DNA from: Callorhinchus milii
Lineage: Eukaryota
Direction of reading: 5' to 3'
Length of the DNA stretch: 64,000 nt
Assembly (NCBI RefSeq): GCF_018977255.1
Contig: NW_024704751.1
Span: forward strand, 558,001 to 622,000
The notes below the pieces were generated by a model. That model saw only the letters and a list, made by a program, of their open reading frames with translations. It did not search any database and was not told the DNA's origin. A program made the position numbers and the translations under genes. Below, in pieces: positions 12,418 to 23,253 of the stretch (its first letter is position 1; every line of letters starts with the position of its first letter).

Positions 12418-13446
12418 CAGGGCTATGGGGAGAGAGCGGGGGAGTGGGGTTGATCAGGGCTATGGGGAGAGAGCGGGGGAGTGGGGTGGTCAGGGCTATG
12501 GGGAGAGAGCGGGGGAGTGGGGTTGATCAGGGCTATGGGGAGAGAGTGGGGGAGTGGGGTTGATCAGGGCTATGGGGAGAGCGGGGGAGTGGGGTTGATC
12601 AGGGCTATGGGGAGAGAGCGGGGGAGTGGGGTTGATCAGGGCTATGGGGAGAGAGCGGGGGAGTGGGGTTGATCAAGGCTATGGGGAGAGAGCAGGGGGA
12701 GTGGGGTTGATCAGGGCTATGGGGAGAGAGCAGGGGGAGTGGGGTTGATCAGGGCTATGGGGAGAGCAGGGGGAGTGGGGTTGATCAGGGCTATGGGGAG
12801 AGAGCAGGGGAGTGGGGTTGATCAGGGCTATGGGGAGAGAGCAGGGGGAGTGGGGTTGATCAGGGCTATGGGGAGAGAGCAGGGGGAGTGGGGTTGATCA
12901 GGGCTATGGGGAGAGAGCAGGGGGAGTGGGGTTGATCAGGGCTATGGGGAGAGAGCGGGGAGTGGGGTTGATCAGGGCTATGGGGAGAGAGCGGGGAGTG
13001 GGGTTGATCAGGGCTATGGGGAGAGAGCGGGGGAGTGGGGTTGATCAGGGCTATGGGGAGAGAGCGGGGGAGTGGGGTTGATCAGGGCTATGAGGACAGA
13101 GAGGGGGAGTGGGTTTGATCAGGGCTATGGGGAGAGAGGGGGGAGTGGGGTTGATCAAGGCTATGGGGAGAGAGCGGGGGAGGGGTTGATCAGGGCTATG
13201 GGGAGAGAGCGGGGGAGTGGGGTTGATCAGGGCTATGGGGAGAGAGCGGGGGAGTGGGGTTGATCAGGGCTATGCGGAGAGAGCGGGGGAGTGGGATTGA
13301 TCAGGGCTATGGGGAGAGCGGGGGAGTGGGGTTGATCAGGGCTATGGGGAGAGAGAAGGGGAGTGGGGTTGATCAGGGCTATGGGGATAGAGCGGGGGAG
13401 TGGGGTTGATCAGAGCTATGGGGAGAGCGGGGGGAGTGGTGTTGAT
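12418..13446. repeat. 37-bp G-rich minisatellite, about 27-28 copies
   Basis: Unit CAGGGCTATGGGGAGAGAGCGGGGGAGTGGGGTTGAT, highly homogeneous. Confidence 0.95.
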
Positions 13447-14448
13447 TTGGAAAAGCTCTTTTCAAAGAGCCGGCTCAGACACTATCACAACAACAACTTG
13501 CCATGTAGCGCCATTCATGCAGGGGTAGTGTCCAGTAGCGCTTGACAGATCAAATGACAGATACAACAGATACATCAGATCAAATGACAGATACACCTGG
13601 TATCTCTTTATTGACTTACGTTTTCGTGATCAATATTCAATAAATGAAAACGGTAAGGAAGGAGGAAAATGACTAATCCAGAACCAAAGTGTTAAACACA
13701 ACGTCAGGCTTGTATTACAGCAACAGTTAGCATTGCAGATACTGCAGGTCCTCACTGCGAAATAATGAAAAACACTAAATCTGGCTTCTTAATCCCAACC
13801 TTTGCACAACAGAAACTTCACAAGTAATATAAAACATGTTGCCCAGAATTCAGGAAACATATAACTAGCAAAACATTGTGAAAGGCACTGAAGTGTACTT
13901 CAGTGAGAGCACAGAATGACAACACATCCGAACTCTGGCACTACATCTCAAGTCATGTCCAGTTCATGGTCAAATCCATTGCATTGTAAACCTGTGGAGA
14001 GAAACACAAAAAGTTCAGTTCTGTGTGTTCTAAACCCTCAACAGCAGCCGGACTCTCGCACCACTTTGTGATTTATAAAAGTTCTGGGTTTGTGATCTGT
14101 GAGGAACCCAGAGTTAGAGCAAATCCTGTGAGCTTTCTCTCTCTCTCACACAGACACAGCACCAAGTTGTTTTCAAGCTGAATCCAGCCTCGCCCATCAC
14201 ACGTCAGTATTCTTAAACAAACTTAGTAATGTTTTTCTTGGGAGAGAGAGAGGGTGGGGCTGGGGAGGAACTTTTACAAATCACGAAAGTGACTTTCTCT
14301 TAACAAAAAAAAGCGAAACAAAATACACCGATTTTCTTTTATCTATTAAAAACCAAACATGAGTAAATCGTAGGAGTTTGTAACGAAAATAAGTTTTGCA
14401 AACCTTGGAGAGAGGGGGAGAAAGAGAGAGAGGGAGGGAGAAGTCAGG

Positions 14449-14679
14449 CTAGGAGGAGAGGCTCCGGGCTCGCTTTCTCTTCATCTCGCTATTGCGAAGC
14501 TTCTCCGCGATCTTCCTCTCGTGTCCCGATGGCAAGGGCCGGTTAGTGTTTTGCTCCATCTCTCTCTTGCTCCTGCCTTTGCCCCCGGAGTGAACAGGGT
14601 AATCCTGCAGGTTATAGTAATCATAGTGATCGTAGTGAGCTTCCTCAAAGGAGTCGAGGCTGTCCTTGTCATGAGACAT
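14449..14679 (-). CDS. NUPR2: Nuclear protein 1 (p8) family member, NUPR2/NUPR1L position, 76 aa, CDS in a single exon
   Basis: ORF has p8-family motifs (DHYDYYNL; GGKGRSKRE...NTNRPLPSGHERKIAEKLRNSE). TATA-like element on minus at 14920-14928; minus-strand AATAAA at 13607-13612. Paralog name inferred from position next to CHCHD2. Confidence 0.85.
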   Translation of the reverse strand: MSHDKDSLDSFEEAHYDHYDYYNLQDYPVHSGGKGRSKREMEQNTNRPLPSGHERKIAEKLRNSEMKRKRARSLSS

Positions 14680-15163
14680 GTTGAGTTAGTTCGGTGAAAG
14701 TGAGCGAGAGAAAGAATGAGAGGAGAGAGACTGTGCAGATCAGATCTCCAGACGTTCTTTGCTCAGCAGCAGGACAATGTGTATGGAGCCAGGCGAGGCA
14801 GCTTATGTGTAAATAACCCGCATCAGTCAGTGTGTGTGGCCCTGAGCCAGGCTGTGTGTGTGTTCATTGGCCACTGTGATGTCAGGCCAGTTTGGGCCGG
14901 GCTGCTTTACTGACTGGGTTTTTTATATAACACAAGTCTTGCGAAACACATGTACTCTCCCCTCCTCCCCCCTTAAAACGAGTTGGTGACAATTGTGGAT
15001 TGATTGCTGCACCCCAACTGGTGGAGTTCATCAGCTCAGTTCGGGGAGGAGGCGGGGAATGGAACAAAGCCCTATTCAAAAGCACACCCACAGCTTCAAA
15101 TGGTATACATAAACATTTGAAGAGGAACATACACTGTAAAGTTAAGGGGGAGAGAGAGTAGGG

Positions 15164-15480
15164 AATAATAATAATCCTTGCATTTGATATAGCGCTTTTC
15201 ACGACGGGAGGACGTCCCAAAGCGCTTCACAGAATATACTGTAAAGTGAATTGACTGTATATTTGTGGGCGAACGCGGCAGCCAATTGCGCACAGCAATG
15301 TCCACAAACAGTCGTAGATTGAAATTGACCAATTTATTCTTGTTTTTTGTTTTGGAGGGATTATTATTAGGCTCTGTGTGGACTAAGGAAACTTGCCCAA
15401 GGTTTCGCCCTCTGCCTGGAATTGAACTCAGGTCTCTCTCTTGCAAAGCGAGTGCTCTAACCACTGAGCTACGGGACTCC
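15164..15480 (-). mobile_element. tRNA-derived SINE, internally deleted young subfamily
   Basis: Near-identical to 52385-52707. Confidence 0.88.
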
Positions 15481-15492
15481 ACATGATTATTT

Positions 15493-15692
15493 GGGGAGGA
15501 TTAGAGAGTTCCAGTGGGGGAGCAATCACTAGCACACACTATGGGGAGAGAGCAGGGAATGGGGTTGGAGTAGAGAGCTCCATTGGGGTAGCGAGCACCA
15601 GCACAGACACGATTGGGAGAGAGCAGGGAATGGGATTAACAACACGAGTCCCGGAGTGATCAGTGTAGAGAGCTCCAGTGGGGAGCGAGCAT
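15493..15692. repeat. Degenerate approx. 70-bp minisatellite, 2-3 copies (same unit as 50700-51045)
   Basis: ATGGGGAGAGAGCAGGGAATGGGGTT...AGAGAGCTCCAGTGGGGAGCGAGC. Confidence 0.75.
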
Positions 15693-16036
15693 GTCACTAG
15701 GAACAGGTTTGCTTACTAATACCTTCTCCTTCCCATCAGTAACAGAAGCCCGGGGGCAATGGCAGACAGCGAGATGTGATGAGAAAGCTGACTCTCACTG
15801 TGCCATGTTTATTGTCACATCAATATAAAATAATTGCACAAATCTGACATTTATTTCGATGGTTACAGTTCTGAGTTAAACACAGTGGTACACACATTAT
15901 ATACACAAAAGGCCTGGCAAAGCCCCGCCTCATCCCAAAATCTCACTCCCAACAGGAAACACCAGGCTTCCCCACAGAGCAGAGCCGGGTCCCAGCCCAG
16001 GCTGCCCACTGGCCAATCCCTCATGGCACTTGGTGC

Positions 16037-19000
16037 TCAGATGAATGATCTTGTAAGAGCAATCATGTGATCCACGCCACACGCCACATCCAGCACCTCT
16101 CCCGGGACAGTCACCTGGGAAACGGGATAAACAAACACATGAAATTCCGGCCTCTTCAGCGGCTCAGAGACTGCAGCAGTGAGGAGGTTTTAATAATAAT
16201 AATAATAATCCTTGCATTTGATATAGCGCTTTTCAAAGCGCTTTTCAAAGCGCCTCACAGAATAGACTGTAGAGTGAATTGACTGTATATTTGTGGGCGA
16301 AATGCGGCAGCCACTTGCACACAGCAGCGTCCCACAAACAGTCGTGGATTGAAGTGACCAATTTATTATTTTTTTTTTTGAGGGATTATTATTAGGCGTG
16401 TGGAGTAAGGAAATTTGCCCAAGGTTTCACCCTGTCGGGAATTGAACCCAGGTCTCTCGCTTGCAAAGACTGAGCTACAGGACTCTTTACTACATTTACA
16501 GGCTACAGATTGAGCATGACAGGCCGAATGGGATAGTGTGAGACGGATCCCGGTGCCTACGATAAAGTGAGATCTTACCCGCCACGGGAAGTGCTGGTCG
16601 TCAGGTCTCCCGATCCCCAGGCAACCGCGCAGGTTCTTCCCCCACACGAACAGCTCTCCTTGATCTGTAACCCAGAGCAACTGTCAGCACACACACCAAC
16701 TGGGGCAGTAAACCATCTCAAACTGCTCCATCGTTTTGCCTTGTGACAAACGTGACTCAGAGACACACTCCCCCTGCATTACAGACACTCTCCTGCATCT
16801 TGAAGTGAATGCCTCGCCCCCTCCCTATATAAATGCAAGTTGTTGTTGTTTACTTACTGGTGATGGCTGCAAAGTGGTTGAGGCCGCAGCGAATCTGATC
16901 GACCCGGACATGAGGAGCGAACTCTGAGCGACCAAACAGCGTTCCCGGAATCATCTCCGGCACTTGGGATTCTGACAGATCTGGGCCTTTGCCCAGAATT
17001 CCATAGCCCCACACAAAGACATCACCATCTCCTGCGGGATCACAGAGAGACACTCCTTCCTCTCAACAAAAGGCCTGATTCTGTGTCTCAATAGGAGGAT
17101 AAATAATCTGTGCATTTGTTACAATGTCTTATGACGACATAAAAATATCTCAAAGCACTTCACAGGATTTATTACAAAGTGCAGTGACAGGGTTTTGTAA
17201 GATGATCGCGGCAGACTACTTGCGCACAGCAATTTCCTGCAAACAGCCATTGACTGATTTTATCTAGGGGGAGGATTGTCCGTCAGGACACCGGGGAGAG
17301 AAACTCCCTTTTCTTTCCACGTCGCGGTGATCTTTAACATGTGCCCGGACAGGCCGTGACCAGTAAAAGGACGAGACTCACGGTTCAGAACAGCTGCGTG
17401 GGACCCACCGCACGCTGCCTGTGCCACCTTCCCAACTCCAGCAAATGGCAAATGGCGCGGAGCCAACAACTGTAACAGAGAACACAGTCACTACACATAC
17501 TGTACCCCTCAGCCTCATCCCTCACTAACCCCCTCCGCTTCCCCCCACCCCCAGTGATGTCTGTTATTGTGCGGCTCCACATTCACTGACCTGTGTGGAC
17601 TCAGTCACTGCAGAAAGCTGCATATACTCAGAGTTGCCCCAGCCAAACAGGTGGCCGTCTGCAGACACGGCTAGACAGAAGTCTCCGTACGTGGCCACCT
17701 GTACGATATCCACCCCTGCGATGTCCCCCTGCACCTGGGCCGGCCGACTGCTGATGTTGTGGTGCCCGAGGCCTGGGGAAAGGAGAGTGAGTGATTGTCA
17801 GGGCATAACACACACACATCCCAATACATATACACACACACCCTGATACACACATACACCCCAATATACACACACATAAACACACACCAGAGATCGGATG
17901 TCAGTCCCGTGTGCAAAGTATTCAGCAGGAAGGAAAATGGAGCCGGTTGTTTATGGCTCTTTCCTCCTCACGTTGAATAGTTGCCACTCTCCTGTTCTCA
18001 CCTGTTTGCCCATCTGCTCCCCACCCGCAGGAGTAAACCTCTCCCTTGTCTGTCCTGAAGAGGCTGTGATCTTGTCCACAGGAGACCTGGAAATCAGGGA
18101 GACAGGAGGCAGGTGAGCACAGACAGTGGAGCAATTCTCAATGTGTACAACCAAGAACAGAGACTGTGGAGGCCACAGGCTTCTGGACAGACACCAGGAG
18201 GTTATTAAGGCACCAGGAAGTGTTTATTTGCATACAAAGGGGAACGAATGACTGGAAAGCAGTTATCAGGAGGCTTTGAGGCCAGGGCGGTGAACTCCCT
18301 TATAAACAACTGGATGGTGTAATGGGAGGACAAGAGGCGTGGAGGAATGAGATCAAACAGGCCAAAGATTCTTCAGCTGAATCTCACGTGCTATCTCGTG
18401 TAATCATCTGTGATCTGGTGTGAAAGCAGAAAGAAGAAAGACGCGAAACAAAGGAAGCATTTCAGTCCTTCTGAACCGTGAAAGCTTTTCATTCCGTGAT
18501 CGTGTTTTTCAGGATCAATCATCACGTCACTGCTCACCTCCACAACCTTCCCGTCAATGCCTTCGATCCGGTGAATGATGTGACTGCCACTGAGAGAGAC
18601 AGAGACAATGTCAACGCCCCTCATCGTCACACATATCCCCATCTGCTCCCCCTGCCCCTGCCGTCCTCACCCCCTCACCCACCCGTTGGCTGTGAGTGCA
18701 GGAGCTCAGAACCCCCTACATTACATTGCAGCCCAATCACTGACCTGTAAATCTCTCCATCTACCATGTTCCTGCCACACTGTCCATAGGCATTGTTCCC
18801 CAGACTGAAAACTACAAACAAACCATAATCAGTGACAGGAGACTGAGCTGTCGACCCTCACCGCCCGGAACCCAGCCTGAGCCAGATCTGTTACAGTCGC
18901 GATCCACAGAAAATGTCTGACGTTACAATGCATTGTCTTAACCACACATGCCTCCCTCATGGTCGGTCAGGACGAGGGAGTGAGCTCGCCCACAGGCCAC

Positions 19001-20434
19001 CTGCAGCACCCGAGTATCCTGAGGCTTTTCCAACGGCAGCGGCACTGGAGAAGGTTCCAGGACGTATTCGTAGCACTTTGCTGAAAGGACACAAGTTACA
19101 GCAGTGGGTGGAGAGCACGCACACATGCCCCCCCATGTGCCTGAGACCGGCCTTGCTTCGAGACCACCATTCCTCATGCTCGCCGCCCCCCCCTCCCCAG
19201 CCATGCCTTTCATGCCTCCCTCCTCTGAGACCATGCTGGTGACTCACTTCGATCACGTCGACTCCTGTGAAATCCAATCTGTGAGTCTTTATTGAGTCCC
19301 ATCCCCCAGAGCTTTGTGATGTCCCTGGTCGATGAGGACATCAGTGTAAATCCATAGCCACAGGAAGCAGAGGAGATCTACACACAGAAACCAACTGTAA
19401 CAAGAAGGCGGTGTTTATGGCACCTGGATAACTGCTGCCGAGTGTAGTGACTGTTTTTAAAGACAAACACAGCAGCCCCGTATAAGCAGCAACACACCAG
19501 AAATAGCCCTGGTGCGACTGACTCTCCATCTGGGGGATTGTCAGCCAGGATGGCGGAAGAGAGAAACTTCCTTCTCTATTCCAAAGTGTATATGTGGGAG
19601 GGGGGGTGGGGGGAGATCTTTAACATCCACCAAATAAACAGTCACTACACTTTCAGTAAATCAGCAGTCAGAGAGGCTATTGTGCGTGAAGCATGCAAGG
19701 ATTATTATTATTATTATTAATATAGCGTTGCCGTGGAGTGCTTTGAGACGTCTAAACGACGTGATAAGGCACTGTATCAAATTGTTGATTATAACTCCTT
19801 GCTATCAGATTAGAGCAAACTGCTGTTGTCATTTCGCCCACAAAACACAGTCAATTCACTTTACACTATATTCTGTGAAGCGCTTTGAGACGTCTCGAAG
19901 ACGTGAAAAGCACTATATAAAATACAAGGATTATTATTGTTATAAATCCTGTGAAGCTCTGTGAGAAGTCTGGATGATGCGATCGGGCGCTGTATCAAAT
20001 ACACTAATATTAATAATTGCATTACAGCCCTAATCTGTTTGATGATAATACTAATGTGCATTATTATTATTGCTATTCATGACAATAATAATTACAATAA
20101 TAATAATAATAATGTGCCTGTAACGGCGAGGCCTGGACTGGACTGGACTCGCCTTGGCCTCCATCTCCAACCTGTACGGGCTGAGCTGTATCTTCCTGGG
20201 CTTTTTCCTGCCGCTGTCGGGCAGCACGAAGCTGGGGACACCGAGGGCCCCGGTGGGGGAGAAGCCCCAGACGAAGACTCGGTGGCGCCGCCTGGCTCTC
20301 TCCCCCACGTACTTGTGGACGGGAGAGGGCTCATCGCGCCTCCGGCTCGCCGCCTCGGACAGGCCCCTCCGCGGCTCCAGCAGCCACCGGGGCCCGAGGC
20401 CGCGGCTCCAGAGGCGGCTGACGATCCCGGCCAT
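16037..20434 (-). CDS. RCC1L: RCC1-like mitochondrial protein (WBSCR16), 11 exons, 450 aa
   Basis: Exons 20434-20153, 19377-19248, 19080-18952, 18811-18745, 18589-18538, 18086-18002, 17772-17591, 17469-17382, 17031-16858, 16664-16579 and 16114-16037. Total 1353 nt in frame, with RCC1 repeats (VFVWGFSPTGALG, VACGRAHSLVL, VSCGQDHSLF, VACGVDHM). Introns 1 and 3 require GC donors. Confidence 0.95.
16191..16485 (-). mobile_element. tRNA-derived SINE (RCC1L intron 10)
   Basis: SINE head, body and tail with internal deletions. Confidence 0.8.
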
Positions 20435-20479
20435 CCCCCGGCGCGGCTCAGGCTCCCGGAGCCACAGCGCTCAGACTGA

Positions 20480-20660
20480 CCGCCGCCATTGCTATCGCAC
20501 TTAACCTTTGAACCCCGTAAAGAGAGTGTCGCCATGACCCCAGGCCCCGCCTCCATGACTCCAGGCCCCGCCCCTCAGGGGCGGGGCCTGGGGTCATGTA
20601 GGCGGGGCCTGGGTCATGGAGGCGGGGCCTAGGGCGTGGCCTTGGGGGCGGGGCCTCCCG
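20480..20660 (-). promoter_or_regulatory. RCC1L promoter, GC-box array
   Basis: Six GGCGGGG boxes in about 21-bp units, partly arranged as an inverted repeat (20532-20619). Confidence 0.7.
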
Positions 20661-23253
20661 GGGAGATGATAATACTGTAATCTGTAGCTCAGGCGTCTCA
20701 AAGCGCTTCACGGGATACACTGTAAACTGTAGCGACTGTGCGTTTTGTGGGCGAAACGCAGCAGCCAATTGCGCACAGCGGCGTCCCCACACACAGCCGA
20801 GGATCGGGTGATCAAGTTATCGTCTTTAAATTTTTCTTCCCTTTTTTTTTAAAAAAAAATAGGGATCATCACCGCCCGGAAAAGTGATCCGCCGATCAGT
20901 AGCGACCGGGTTCCTTCGGACTGCTGGTGAACCAAGAACCGCGTGGAGTAACAACAACTTCGCGCCCGCTATGCAGAGCAGCGGCTCAGAGGGCTTAAAC
21001 AGTACAACAACAACAACAAGGTTCCATTTATAAAGCGCCTTTCACGTCAGGAGGACGTCCCAAGGCGCTGCACAGTTGGGTCATGACTCGAGCAGGGGGG
21101 AAATGGTCAGGGTGAGGGGAAGGGAGGGAGCGAGGAGGGGGGAAATGGTCAGGGTGAGGGGAGGGAAGGGAGGGAGCGAGGAGGGGGAAGAGAGTCGAGA
21201 GGGGAGCTGAAGGCTCGGTCAAAGAGAAGACCGACCAACGGTCACCAACGAAAACTTGACCAACGTTTCGCTCTACTCAGGAATGAAATCCAGGTCCTCT
21301 GGCTCGCAAGGCAAGTGGTCTAACCACTACGCTTCAGGGCTCCAAACTTTGATCCATGGCTTTTTTACATTGGAAAGACATCTTAATGCACTTCACAACA
21401 TCTACTGTAAAGTGAAGTGACTGCATATTTTGTGGAAGGCAACAACCCATTTGATAGGGATGCCCACGGGGCAGTGACCACAAGTGCGGTTGAAGAGATA
21501 GGTTTTTACGTAGGTTTTAGAGACAGAGAAGGGATGAGAGAGGGAGTTTGAGGTTAGGGGTGGCTTGGTCTGAAGGCTTGGTCACTGATGGTGGCTGAGA
21601 CAACGCAGGGACACGTAGCAGGCCAGGCGAGGAGAGAGGGGTAGGACATCAGACAACGTGAAGGGATTTATGGGAGAGGAGCTTGAAGTCGATCTGGGAA
21701 CAGGCGGAGGCAGGCGAGGACTCGGGTGATAGCCGTCCTTTGAGACATCCACTTACCGTGAAAGGCACTGTATCAAATCTGAGGATTATTAAAAATCAGC
21801 TAGACATATTAATAATAATCCTTGCATTTGATATAGTGATGAGTAGGCGGACCAGTGGTTTTCTGCCTGTTGTTACACTGGCACTGCTCTCTAAACAGGA
21901 AATGATAATGGTGATTGTTGCTTTTTACTATTTTCACCACCAAACTCAGCTGCAGGAAATCCCCAAAAAGCACAGACAGGTGTCTTGCACGGTTGTCAAA
22001 AAAGCTTCTGGCGGGTTGTAAAAAAGTTATTTCCAAAGCAATCTGTACATTTATAAAGAGCACAGCCACCGTTTAATAGTGTCCATTATACTAGATCAGT
22101 TTCACTATCAGAATGCTCCAACTAAAGACGATTAAATTATAAGTTTAAAATGCTCCTTTCCCCTCTAAACAAATCCAAAATCAAGTTTTGGCACAGAACA
22201 CAGAACAAGTCGGCTTCTCCTTATAGCCCAACAGATAAAACTCTGTCAATTTATAATAAAAATCTGGCAATGATGCGTACACAATACATTCTGAGGACAG
22301 TTATTAGGATTTCAAGATTACAAAAGATATTGGGATAAAGTACAACTTTTCCATAGAAAATGTTAGTTTTTATCAATTGTAGCCAGCCTGTTAATGATCA
22401 CTGCTGGAATACAACTCTGTGTGCGAGCAAACAGAGCAACAAAGAAGCTGCATTTCTGAAGCATTTAACATATCACACTTGTTTCACATGTAGACGTCTG
22501 CAGCATTAACAGTAACAGGTGCTCAACTGTTGGGGTGACTGAGGAGCAGGTGATGTGATCAGCGCAGCTACATGCTGCCACTGTGCATGCCACTGAACTG
22601 AACCTTCACAGAAAGGTTACTGTGCTCGGTCGTTGCAGGGGATGAATCCCACACAGCTGCCCCGCACGCACCAGCTATCAAGAGTTTTACTCATTGTTTC
22701 TGGAAACAAGTGTTCAGCGGTGTATGTGTGTGAGAGAGGTCTGTGGAGTGAGCGAGTCTGACCACAGGTTCTGCTTCTATTGTAAAACTGAAATACATTT
22801 TTATATAAAAAGGTAAAAGCGGAATCCTCAGTAGCTCTTCATAAAAGGTCTCAGGTGTACAAAAGAACTGTGTTTGTGGGGACAACTGGGACGAGTGTAA
22901 CTCAGTTCTTATCCTCTGAGACACAACTGAATTGAACACCCGATTCCCAGTTGTGAGATGGAAGGAGTCTGGTGGAAACATCACGTCTGCCAGTGTAACG
23001 CCAGCCGGATGTCTCAGGCACTGTTGGACAATCGCACATCGCCCTCAGGAATTTGCAAATACCCAGTGAAAAGTGCTTCACTTGCTCGCTCGCTTGGTGG
23101 GTTCACTCAGCAACCTGCAAGGCCCCATTTCTTGGGGTGGGATGGAGGAAGGGAGAACAGAGGTACAGAGTCGGTGGTCCATTGGGGAAAGATCAGAGAT
23201 CGTGCACATCCTGGGGGTGGGTGCGCAGCCGCAGGATAGCAGTCCGGTTGTTG

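Noticed and set aside
12418-13446. CRISPR-like regular array
   Set aside because: Units are head-to-tail with no unique spacers, in a vertebrate context, and derive from a CR1 end.
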